Part shown: positions 1 to 10,352 of the stretch, piece after piece
Layout of the letters: every line of letters begins with the position of its first letter
How positions within the stretch are numbered: position 1 is the first letter of the stretch
Assembly (NCBI GenBank): GCA_024277375.1
Contig: JAJRVD010000027.1
Coordinates: forward strand, 19,063 to 83,062
Source of the DNA: Candidatus Omnitrophota bacterium
Lineage (GTDB): Bacteria > Omnitrophota > Gorgyraeia > Tantalellales > Tantalellaceae
Length of the DNA: 64,000 nt
Direction: 5' to 3'
The notes under the pieces: generated by a model
Database searches by the model: none
The model's input: only the letters and a program-made list of their open reading frames with translations
Told to the model about the DNA's origin: nothing
Position numbers and translations under genes: made by a program

Positions 1-7
1 GCTTTTC

Positions 8-415
8 GTGATCGCGGTCATTTTGTTATTCTTTAAACGAAAAGACATAAAAATAACAGGAATTCTATTAATGGCTGCTCTTGCATGTTCTTATCAAGTA
101 GTGCATTTTCTTAAGATGTCTTTTTCGCGGCCTAGGCCATTTATTACTCTGGAGGCCGTGAACGTGCTAATTGAGCAAAAAGGTTTTTCATTTCCGTCAG
201 CACATGCCGCAATGGCTTTTACTGCAGCCGTAATATTGACTAAGTGTTTAAAAAAAGGGTATATATTTTTTGCAATAGCTGCAACAGTAGCGATTACAAG
301 GATTTATATAGGCGTGCATTATCCATCTGATGTAATCGTGGGGTCTCTCCTTGGATGCCTGATAGGGTATGCTCTTATCAATATTTCCAGTCGAAGTAGT
401 TTATACAACAAATAA
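8..415 (+). CDS. PAP2-family phosphatase (probably 5'-truncated by window edge)
   Basis: Motifs RPRP, SFPSAHA and TRIYIGVHYPSDV; hydrophobic helices. Confidence 0.9.
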   Translation: MIAVILLFFKRKDIKITGILLMAALACSYQVVHFLKMSFSRPRPFITLEAVNVLIEQKGFSFPSAHAAMAFTAAVILTKCLKKGYIFFAIAATVAITRIYIGVHYPSDVIVGSLLGCLIGYALINISSRSSLYNK

Positions 416-435
416 TGATCATTATTTGAATTAGG

Positions 436-484
436 TTGCTTGTATTCTAAGCTTTTGTTATAATAACAAAACAATTGTTAGGAG
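436..484 (+). promoter_or_regulatory. Sigma70-like promoter and RBS of giant gene 1
   Basis: TTGCTT(436)-17 bp-TATAAT(459); AGGAG at 480 before ATG 494. Confidence 0.6.
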
Positions 485-493
485 TAAGTAAGT

Positions 494-3400
494 ATGGATA
501 TGAAAGAACCCAGATCTAAAATAATAATCAAAGTTATATCTCTTTCGGTGAGTATTCTCATGCTCTGGCAGGGCCTAGTGTGGGCGAATCCTGAAATCTT
601 CTCAAAAAGTAAAACTACTTTGCAACCGCTTACTTTGCGTGCTCGTGGTGATTATAGTATTTGGTTCGTAAAATCCCTCTTGGTTTCCCTCGAGAAAACC
701 GAAAAAAATATCACTAATCAAAATTTCTCTCAGGTAGCCAATATTGTCAAATCTGAAATACGTGCGATGCTTGCGATAAAAACCGGCGAGGCGGAAACGC
801 ATGATTTCCATTCTAAGCTTTTTGCGCTATTTAGCGATATTGAGACACAGGAAAAGCATAGGTTTTACCGTAAGTTTTTTCTCATTGATATGGGAGTGTT
901 TTGCATAAGATATTATTTTTCGGAAGATGTCCGAGATCCAGGAGATCAATATCAGGTTATTTCTGATGAAAAAATAGGTCGGTATCTTTATAAACAGCTT
1001 TTGCTGAAAAGAGAATTTTCTGACGATGGTATTATCAAGAAAGAAGCTGCATACAGGCTTTATGAAGCGCTTGTAACCCATCCAAAAGAAGAACCGGTTC
1101 CTAAAAAAGAACAAGATACCATATTCTTTGATGGGGAAATGGTAAAAGCAATGGATACTGATCGATATTTAATCGAAGATGCGACTGTCTCTGATGCAGA
1201 AGTAATATCTGAAATGTATAGAAATAGTATAAATCTTGAAGATATGAGTCCTTCACGTTTGATTAAGATAATCAGCCAGGGGAAGATTGGTGAAAACCAG
1301 AATACTTATTTAAAAGTGTGTCGTGATCGTCAAAGCGGGAAAGTTGCCGGTTATATTTTTGCCATTGATGGGGAAAATGGACAGGGAAATGTCTACATAA
1401 AGCATTTAGTGATTTCAACATGGTACAGACGGCAGTACGTCGCCCAGACACTTCTTATGGATATGTGTAGGACGATGCAAACGAAAAGCTATGAGAGTTG
1501 TACTATACTCCCGATTTATCCCGCTGTTACGGATATAACTAAGTTCTTGGGGTTTAAATGGGATCGCAATATAGCGATGTTCAGGAAAACTTTTGAGGAA
1601 AATTCTTGGGATGGATGTATTGCCAGGGGAGATTCGGATGAGTTGTTTAAGCGGTTCGAGGATATGTTTAAGGTCAAAGGAACCATTAAACCTTTGAGGG
1701 ATTCCTTCCGGGATGGATTGTCAGAGGCAATTGATGAGATCAAGGCTAGACTTGAAAAAATGGAAGAGAGTATTCCCAGGAGGGACAATCAGTGGAGAGG
1801 GTCTATAAAAATAGCTAATGATGAGATCGAGAAGATCTTGAAAAACATAAGATCAGATCGGGTTGTAGAATTCAGGGGAATAGTGTTACCGTCCGACTAC
1901 TTAAATATAAAGCCGAAAGAATGGCTCCTAGGATTTAATACAATTGGACTTGATCTTGATGAAAAATACGAGCAAAAAGGAATGAGGGCTTTAAGGCAGA
2001 GGATAAACAAGTTAGTGCCTGGGGCGATCGGTCTTTCATCGCAGGTACTTGATATTATGGAGTCGCGTCCGGCTGGTAGTGTTGTTCAGGAGTTTCTTTT
2101 TCACGAAATTATTTGCCCAAGAATTGGACACCGATTGTCGAGAGTGTTCCAGGAGGAATTGTTTCCTGAAAACTACCAAAGGTTATGGACATCAGGAAAA
2201 GGCGGATACAAAGACGGAATCTTGGGGCATATGTTGAAAGAGGTTATAATCGATGAAAACAAGAAAACTAAAAAGAGAGATAGAGACAGAAAACAAAAGA
2301 GAGTAAAACGAGCTAAAAAAAAGTTATCCAAAGTTGAAGCAGGCGAAAAAAAACCAGTGCGGGAGAAGCCGGGGAACGGCATAGTATTGCGCAAAAAAAC
2401 GTCTCCGGCGAGGATAAAGTGGATAAAGAATAAGTTCTTTCCAAACGCAAAGGATGATCAATATGCCATCGGAGGGGCTCCTCTGTTTGAAGAAGCCATA
2501 TTTTATTATAGTTTCGCCGTTTCAGGGATCCACATGGCGAATCTCACAAATGTGTATTTCGCGGCGTTTTTGGTGGCTCTTAGAATTTTGTTTTATTTTT
2601 TGCATACGGATAAAGATAATAAAAAAACGGAACGCACTTGGTTTGAAAAATGTGGTATTCCATTTATCATGACGATAATAGGTGTGCTGGTTGTATTGGT
2701 GCCTTTTATTTATCCTGTTACCGCCGGTGCGGAAGCAACTTTTATTAAAAGTGCTACGGGAATGCTGATTTTTACGCATAGCCTTCTAAATTGTTTTGCT
2801 GTTAACGCGGGTTGGTCTCCGGCGAATGTATTGAATTTTTTTGGGCCGAAGATACCTGCGACTTCGAAAGATGTTTTAAGGTTTATGGAAAGGATTTTCG
2901 GAAAGTTTAAATTGAAAGGGAAGAATTTTTTAGAAATAGGATTTGTTGATAGAGAAGACTATGTTTCTGACCTGAGAGACGCGGGTGTTAATGTTACCAG
3001 GATAGAATCTGCGTCTTTGAGTGCGCACCTTTTTAAATTTAAAAAATATTCTTTTCAGACTGTATTTATGCATCAGATGCCGGGGGAGATGGCCGATGAG
3101 GTTAAAGTTGTGAAAACCTTTCGTGGTGTAGCGCGTATTATGGATATCCAGGGCCGTTTAGTGATTTTTGATGAAGAAATAAAAAAACACACAAGAAAAT
3201 CTATTGAGAAAGTCTTGTCTCAAGCCGGATTGCGGATAGAGTCTATGAGTAAATATCCGGGAGTATTAGTTGTTTGTAAGGATACTATGTTGGAATATCG
3301 AATGTGGAAGCTTTTGGAAAAGTGGTTGGATCTTCTGGAGAACGATGGATATGATATTGAAGAGGTATCCGATACCCTGCTTGAGCGCGAATATGGCCAT

Positions 3401-6400
3401 GCAATTACACATTATCTCCTGGGTAAAGTCCTCAATATCGTTCGAGATAAGGGTATGACACCATTTGCTGAAAAAATAATAGAATTTATACTTGTTGTTA
3501 ATAAATCCGTAAATGTTTCAGGGATGAGATTGTTTTTTAAATTTCTCAATTCCGCTAAGCCCGCCAAGGTCGAAATCGCTTCTTTCATCATAAAAGGAAT
3601 GGGGATGAAGGCTGTAAGCCACTTAGTGTCCGAAGGTTCAGGGAAGAAGAGTGAATATAAAAGAGATCTCTATTTGGGTTTGTTGGCTCATGTCGTCGCG
3701 GAGAATTTAAATGTAACGCGGTTGGCTGCATATTACAAAAAAGTTAAGCACCCTCGTAAAAAGAAGTTTTTTGTCGAGGCGATGGTAGCTGCCGGAGAGA
3801 AGCTTGTGAAAAAGATAAAGCACAAGAGAAAGGTCGCAAGTGAAATAATCATAACGACAGAAAGTTATAATGAAAAAATATATATGGAAGAATTCATGGG
3901 ATATTCAGGGGAACTATTGAATGATATCGCTGCGGAAAGAGATAGAGCCGCAAAGGTGCTAAAGCCGGGTGTGATACTAAAGCTTCAAAAATGGTTTGCG
4001 CCGCACATGTCACCGGAAAAGTACGCGGTTAAGAGGGCTCCGTGGATTGAGGAGGGTATATTCTTTATGTTGCCGGCCCTAGCCGCGGAAGGTATAAATT
4101 ATTGGGTCCGATGGGGAGGTTGGGGAACACTTGTTCTTATATCCCTTTCGAGGATATTATTATTTTTTCTGCACGAAGGTGCACGCGGTAACGCTCCACC
4201 GAAAGAGTATATTGTTCCATTGATCGTTGCTGCTTTAGGTTTTGTGTATGCAATGCTTGTCCCACAGGTTGCTCTCTCCGGTGTTTTAAACATGTTTTTT
4301 ATCCTGACCCTTTTTTTTGCGATCGGATATACGCACTATAGTCTCAATAAATTCGCCCTCCATACAGGTATCCCCCCGGCGAGTATTGCTAAAAGTAACA
4401 GTAGACACAAAACTTCCTATCTTGTGTTATGTTTAGAGGATGTTGTCAAGGGGAGCAAAGGCAAAGAGAGGCAAGTATTAAGTATTAACGGGGCAGTGTC
4501 AGAAGAAGATATATATTCATTGCTTCAGAAAGGAATTTTTGTGACAAATGTGAAATTAAGCCAAATAGATGACCCTGATTCGGAGCTATTGAGAAATGGT
4601 TATTTTGATGTTACGGTTATAAAGGATTTTGGTGAGGCAAACAATAGGAGGGGCGAAGTATGGAAATATATTTTCCAAAGTCTCAAGCCTTCGGGGTTGG
4701 TAGTTGTTACAGATAAGCAGATCTTTGATGAAAGCGTTGCTGATGAGACATTAGATCTATCAGCTCTTGTTGCTAAGTTGTATAATTCGTCGTCAAAAGT
4801 TTGGCTTATCAAGAAGAAGCGAAGTTTTTCAAGCAGAGAAATACGGAATATTGATGAGGAGTTGTATCGCTTGTAGAACGGATTAATAAATAAAGAACAA
4901 GCGTGCGACCGTTTTAAAGATATGGACAATAATTCTGCTGTAACATTTCATTTGATCAAAAGAGTAAAAAAAATATATGCCAAAAAAAATCATGTCATGG
5001 CGGGAATGATTGGAGATATTATTTATGAGCTAAATCATCGATCCGCTTCGGATGGAATATCGTTAATACCATACTTGTTCGATACTGGAGACCCTGTGGC
5101 AACGTTTGTGGGTAGGAAAATTTTGAGAAAAATAGGGAAAAACAGTTTTCATGCACTTATAAACTACGGAGTTAGTGATGGTAGTGGCACTGGAGGCGAG
5201 GTGTGCGGTGAGATTCTTACGGAGCTGATAAGGGAAAATATGGGGATAGGATACGTAGTTGCTATTTACAAGAAGTATTCCGAAAGCGACAAAAGTAGCG
5301 ATTTGGTCAAAAGAATGTTCATTGTCAAAGCGGTATCAGATTCGGGGCAGCAAGGACAGATGCAAGTAAGAAATTTCAAAAAACGAATGAAGGACAAAAT
5401 AAAAAAAGCGCCTTCGAAGATCGGAAAAAGTTCATTGAGAGCGGAACGAGAAGTTGTCAGTATGTTGCTAAGGGATGTAGAGAACTATAGTGCGAGCCAT
5501 AGTTCTCAAAACCGCTTAAGAGACAAGGATTTATCCAAAGAACCCGATGAAAAGATCGCGAAAACGAAAGCGGATAGCATGATGAGTATGTTGATCTCTT
5601 CTGTGAAGCTTAATCGGGGAGTTAAGGTATTGGTGTTTGATCTTGGCGCCGGCAATGGCGAGATGAAAAATACAGTAATGAGTATTGTAGAAACGGATAT
5701 AGCGCGGGTAAAAGAAAATGATATATAGATGGGGGAAGCTTTAGGAAATATGGATATAATTGTAGGCGTTGGTAAAAGTCTTGCGAAGAAGGCAATGAAG
5801 ATCTCAACTTTAAATGGAGGGAATATAAGTCCTGAAGCTATGGAGATCATTGCCGGCGAACAAAACAGAAGACATTACATTCATTTTATAAACAAAGCTG
5901 CGGTAACTTTTGTAGATAAGGATGAACTTCTCCGAGACGCTAAGGGCAAATACGAATTTGACGAGAAAAGAGCAAAAAGATTAGCAGACAATGTTGTGGG
6001 GGCATTAATTGTCGCTGCTGAAAATAAGGAAAAGCCATTGGAAGCGTTGATATTTGATCTGGAGCTTGGCAAAGGAAAGATGAGAAAGATCATAAGGGGG
6101 ATGGTTGAAGATGGCATAGTGAAGATAAAAAAGAACAATAAGGAGTTAGGTATATTTTTAGAAGGCGTCGAAATATTTTTTGGAGAGGGGGAAGTTTTTG
6201 CCAAAAGGATGGTAAACATTACGACCTTGGGCAAAGGCGTAAGAGATCCTGAGGGTCTTATAGTTATTTCTAATGACAAAAACAAAGAATATTATGCGGA
6301 GCTTATCAACAAAGCGACAATGACATTTGTTAACGATAGCGATCTTGCCGAGGATGATTTTGTGTGCCTGCCGGCTATTTTACTGTGTACTTTGGGTAAA

Positions 6401-6607
6401 TATCTAAATTGGCCGGTTGAAGATCTGATTAAGCATTACAAGAATATTCCAAATGCCAAAAAATATAGCGATGATTTTTATAAGAAATTATTTTCACCTA
6501 AGAATAAGACGTTATTGATTAAGCTTATACCAGGCGCGGCAAAAATAGATTTTAACAAGTCTGATGATCTAGTAGATGCTTGGGTAAGGATATTAAAGAG
6601 CGCGTAG
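494..6607 (+). CDS. Giant multidomain membrane protein 1 (about 2037 aa; one frame interrupted by TAG at 4874 and 5726): signal peptide, GNAT domain, 2x [CPBP-like TM module, MTase-like domain, helical domain], 2x C-terminal repeat
   Basis: ORFs 494-4876, 4922-5728 and 5729-6607 are in the same frame with no other stops; internal repeats span both TAGs; GNAT-like VAGYIFA..VYIKHLVISTWYRRQYVAQTLL. Confidence 0.7.
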
Positions 6608-6622
6608 AGGCCGCTCCTACGA

Positions 6623-8035
6623 TTATTTAGATAGGCTGTCTATGAGCGCGCGCGCCTTTACGAGAGTTTCTTCATATTCCAGCTCGGGGTCACTGTCGGC
6701 GACAATACCGCCACCCGCGGCGAAATATACTTCGGTCCCTTTTACTACCATTGTGCGGATAGCGATATTAAGGTCCATAGTATCATGGAAACTTATGTAG
6801 CCTATAGAGCCTGTGTAGATGCCCCTTTGTGTAGGTTCCAACTCATCCAGTATTTCCATAGCTCTTATTTTAGGGCAACCTGTTATTGACCCTCCGGGAA
6901 AAGCGGCTTTTATTACCTCCACCAGGCTTGAAGTTTTATTTTGCTCTCCTTGTATAACGGATATTGCCTGAAATACGGTAGGATATGTTTCGATCCTTCT
7001 GGATTCGACAACTCTGATCGATCCTGGTACGCAGACCCGGCCGAGATCGTTCCTCTCGAGGTCCGTTATCATGGATAGTTCCGCTGTATCTTTAGTGCTC
7101 GTGTCTAATTCAAGCTTAAGAGCTTTGTCTTCCTGGGGATTGCCTCCACGTCGGCGAGTTCCTTTCATGGGACGTGTCTCGATAGTGTTTTGGCGTTTTC
7201 TCAAAAAGAGTTCGGGGCTTGAGGAAATGATCTTAGAGTCTATAAAATTCAGATACGCGCTGAAGGGTGAGGGGTTTAATTTGTTTAGTTTTAAGTATAA
7301 ATCATATGGATCATGTGGCCATGTGGTTTTAAAGCGTTGAGAAAGACATGCCTGGTAGATGTCACCCGCGCGAATATGTTCGATAACGCTTTTTATGGCG
7401 TTGGTGTAGGATTTCTTGGTAAAATTTAATTCGATAGATCCTGATACTGATATTGGGGTCAGGTCTCCACATTTGACATTGTGAGGTCTTGTCGGAAGTG
7501 TCAAATGTGGAGACCTGACCCCAATATGCGCGACAGTGATCCGGCCAGGCTCTTGCCTGTCATAGATAAGGATCGTTCGGTAAAAAACAAAGTAGATATC
7601 GGGGAGGTCCAAGTCATCTTGCGCTTTTTGCGGCAGTATTTCCAGACGATCTTTAAGGTCATAGGACAGGTAGCCTATGCCTCCGGCGGTGAAAGGCAAG
7701 TTGGTCGTATTATTGGTTTTATAGTGTGTGAGTATGGACTCCAGGCATTTAAAAGGATCTTCCTGAATGCTGAAACTGTCCCTTTCAGTTCGAATGGTCA
7801 AGTTTGTGCCTTTGCCCTTAAAAGTGAGGAAGGGGTGCGTTCCGATAAAGGAATACCTGCCCGCATCTGTTTCAAGGGAGCTGTTCAGGAAAGAAGTGTC
7901 ATCTTGATCGGAGAAGTGAGAATAGAGATCCTCTATCGAACAGTTAATGGGGATTTGTTCGACAGTTGGGGTAGAGTTTATTTTTGGGAGATTTGATAAT
8001 AGTTCGCGGCCGGAGGCCGCTCCTGCGTTATTCAT
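6623..8035 (-). CDS. pabB: Aminodeoxychorismate synthase component I
   Basis: GDIYQACLS, SSSPELFL, TRPMKGT, DLERNDLGRVC, FPGGSITGCPK. Confidence 0.9.
   Translation of the reverse strand: MNNAGAASGRELLSNLPKINSTPTVEQIPINCSIEDLYSHFSDQDDTSFLNSSLETDAGRYSFIGTHPFLTFKGKGTNLTIRTERDSFSIQEDPFKCLESILTHYKTNNTTNLPFTAGGIGYLSYDLKDRLEILPQKAQDDLDLPDIYFVFYRTILIYDRQEPGRITVAHIGVRSPHLTLPTRPHNVKCGDLTPISVSGSIELNFTKKSYTNAIKSVIEHIRAGDIYQACLSQRFKTTWPHDPYDLYLKLNKLNPSPFSAYLNFIDSKIISSSPELFLRKRQNTIETRPMKGTRRRGGNPQEDKALKLELDTSTKDTAELSMITDLERNDLGRVCVPGSIRVVESRRIETYPTVFQAISVIQGEQNKTSSLVEVIKAAFPGGSITGCPKIRAMEILDELEPTQRGIYTGSIGYISFHDTMDLNIAIRTMVVKGTEVYFAAGGGIVADSDPELEYEETLVKARALIDSLSK
7450..7527. repeat. Perfect 29-bp inverted repeat (GGGGTCAGGTCT-type) inside pabB, in frame
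   Basis: atattggggtcaggtctccacatttgaca - 20 nt - tgtcaaatgtggagacctgaccccaatat. Confidence 0.9.
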
Positions 8036-8871
8036 GGCGCAATATTCCTAAGTTGTTTTACTATTTCTTTTGTAATGTAGTCAGGAGTGGAGGCGCCGGC
8101 CATTATACCAACTTTTTTTATGTTCTTGAACCATATGGGTTTAAGGTTTTTAGCGCACTCGATCCAATGGGTTTTATCATTTATGCTTTTTGATATCTGA
8201 TAGAGCCTTTTTGTGTTAGCGCTGGTTTTCGAGCCGATAATAAGAATAAGATCATTTTCTTTTGGCAGTGAGTTTATTTCTTCCTGTTTTACCTTTGTCG
8301 TTCGGCATGTTGTATCGTAAAGCTCAACGTCAGGTATTATTTTTACAAGACGTTGCATGATATTGTTTATATTTTCGATCGTCTGTGTAGATTGGGTAAC
8401 TACCGCAGCTTTTTTAATATGTCCCAGCTTTTCGCGTGAAATATCCCGCGGGGACTCGATCGTTATCGGTTTTTTCTTAAGCTGTCCGGCAATGCCCTTA
8501 ACTTCATCATGGTTATTGTCGCCGATTATAATGATCTTATGGTCTTTTTCTAATTTTTGCGCGATTTTGTATATGTCCTTCACCATAGGGCAAGTAGCAT
8601 CTTCGATCTTATAACCCGACGCTGAGGCTTTGTCGAATGTTACTTGCGGGGCGCCATGAGCCCTGATGATAAGAATAGCGTTTTTCGCGGGGCGTATACG
8701 TTGTATCTTTTTTATGCCTTTTTCTTCAAGTTCCCGGACGACAAAGCTGTTATGTACTATGTCGCCCAAGACATATACGGCTTTTTCCCCATCCGCGAGA
8801 TCCTTGCTAAGGTCTATCGCGCGTTTTACGCCGAAACAGAATCCTGAACTTTTGGCTATGTTTATTTTCAT
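8032..8871 (-). CDS. ispH: 4-hydroxy-3-methylbut-2-enyl diphosphate reductase
   Basis: GFCFGVKRA, IVHN, DATCP, HDEV, TQST, SANT motifs. Confidence 0.95.
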   Translation of the reverse strand: MKINIAKSSGFCFGVKRAIDLSKDLADGEKAVYVLGDIVHNSFVVRELEEKGIKKIQRIRPAKNAILIIRAHGAPQVTFDKASASGYKIEDATCPMVKDIYKIAQKLEKDHKIIIIGDNNHDEVKGIAGQLKKKPITIESPRDISREKLGHIKKAAVVTQSTQTIENINNIMQRLVKIIPDVELYDTTCRTTKVKQEEINSLPKENDLILIIGSKTSANTKRLYQISKSINDKTHWIECAKNLKPIWFKNIKKVGIMAGASTPDYITKEIVKQLRNIAP

Positions 8872-9965
8872 GTTATTAGGGATTTTTTTGTCAGGCCTTC
8901 GGCCTTTCTCTCAATGACAGTTTTTGAGGATAGATCGGTGATGAAGCTTGTGAGGGTATTTTTGTGCTTTATTGCCATCTTTAGGGTTTTGAGAGCGATA
9001 TGTGCTTCTTTGAAAAAAGAATCGGATGTTTTTAAGCAATGATCACGCGCCCCGGTCGTTTTTATTAATTTGCGGATCTTTAAGAGGTCTTGGTAGGTCT
9101 TTTTATCTTTTTTCATAAGACGAGCGAAGGTTGCTTTGTCCTTTCCTTTCAGGTCTTTATAGGTTTTCCATACCAGGAGCGTTTTTTTTGACTCGTCCAG
9201 GTCGGAAAGTATGGGTTTTCCTGTTTTTTTGCTTGTAGAAAAAACATCTAAAAGATCATCTTGTATCTGAAAAGCCTGTCCCAGGGCCAGGGCCAGTCCG
9301 GACAGCTTCTTCTGTTCGGCTTTGGAGGCGCCGGCTAATATCGCGCCGATAAGAAGAGGTCCTTCAAAGGTGTATCTGGCGGTCTTTAGGATATAGGTTA
9401 GAAAAACGTCGCGCCTCGTGATCTTCTCTATCTCTTTGACGTTGTTAACGACATCAAGAAATTCACCGATTCCGGTAGCGGCCGCGATATTGGTAAATAT
9501 CTTTAGAGCTTCTTTTTTACGCTTAGGCGGAGCATCAAATTCAGAAAGGGCGTCTACCGCCATCGCGAACATAATATCGCCCGTCACAATGCTCAAATTC
9601 GCTCCCAGATCGTTATTCAAGGGTACTCCCAGTTTTGAGTTGAATACTCTGTGTAAGGTGGGTTTGCCGCGTCTGAGATCGGAATTGTCTATAACATCGT
9701 CATGTACCAGCAAAAAATCGTGCAAGAGTTCAAGTGATAAAGAGCTCCGTAGAAGCTGTTTTCGTGGAACTTTACGCTTTTTTGTATATCCGAGGTATCC
9801 TAGGATGAAGAGCAGAGGCCGGATACGTTTACCGCTCCGCCCGAGGAAGTTCACGAGGCCGCTGAATAGCAGTCCGGAGGCCTTTTTGAGCTCCAGATTC
9901 TCGGTTGTTTCTTTAAGAAAGAGACCGAGCTCCATATCTATATCATTTCTTAGCTTAGCAAGCAT
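8868..9965 (-). CDS. Polyprenyl diphosphate (GGPP-type) synthase
   Basis: GKRIRP, LVHDDVID..RRG, FQIQDDLLD; likely start MLAKLR at 9965, 7 nt after a TTGCCC-17-TACAGT promoter (ORF track starts at 10013). Confidence 0.9.
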   Translation of the reverse strand: MLAKLRNDIDMELGLFLKETTENLELKKASGLLFSGLVNFLGRSGKRIRPLLFILGYLGYTKKRKVPRKQLLRSSLSLELLHDFLLVHDDVIDNSDLRRGKPTLHRVFNSKLGVPLNNDLGANLSIVTGDIMFAMAVDALSEFDAPPKRKKEALKIFTNIAAATGIGEFLDVVNNVKEIEKITRRDVFLTYILKTARYTFEGPLLIGAILAGASKAEQKKLSGLALALGQAFQIQDDLLDVFSTSKKTGKPILSDLDESKKTLLVWKTYKDLKGKDKATFARLMKKDKKTYQDLLKIRKLIKTTGARDHCLKTSDSFFKEAHIALKTLKMAIKHKNTLTSFITDLSSKTVIERKAEGLTKKSLIT

Positions 9966-10020
9966 GTTCAATACTGTATCATAAGTGTGATGGAGGGGCA
10001 ATAATATTCGCATTTTTAGC

Positions 10021-10048
10021 TTGAAATGGGGACCATATATTGTATAAT
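10021..10048 (+). promoter_or_regulatory. Sigma70-like promoter
   Basis: TTGAAA-16 bp-TATAAT. Confidence 0.55.
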
Positions 10049-10088
10049 AGGTAGCTCAATCAAGCACATTAAAAGGCGGGAGTTGATC

Positions 10089-10325
10089 ATGAAACCTAGA
10101 AAGAATTTTAGAAGTCGTCCCAAAAAGAATGGGGCAAAGAAAAGACAGAAAGTTTTAAGCCAAAAGAGAAGATTGGTCGCGGCAGGTGAGGACAAAGACA
10201 AAGTGGAAAAGCTGACACCAGTTGAGACCAGAAATCACCTTAAGGTAGTCGCTAAAAAGAAATCCGTAAAACCCGCGGTAAAGAAAAAGGCGAAGGCGCC
10301 TGCTAAAACTAAGGCCAAAGCGTAA
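10089..10325 (+). CDS. Small very basic protein with K/A/P-rich tail
   Basis: MKPRKNFRSRPKK...KKKAKAPAKTKAKA; promoter and GGGAG RBS upstream of ATG 10089. Confidence 0.65.
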   Translation: MKPRKNFRSRPKKNGAKKRQKVLSQKRRLVAAGEDKDKVEKLTPVETRNHLKVVAKKKSVKPAVKKKAKAPAKTKAKA

Positions 10326-10352
10326 ATGGGAGGGGTATATTGCAATGTGCCC

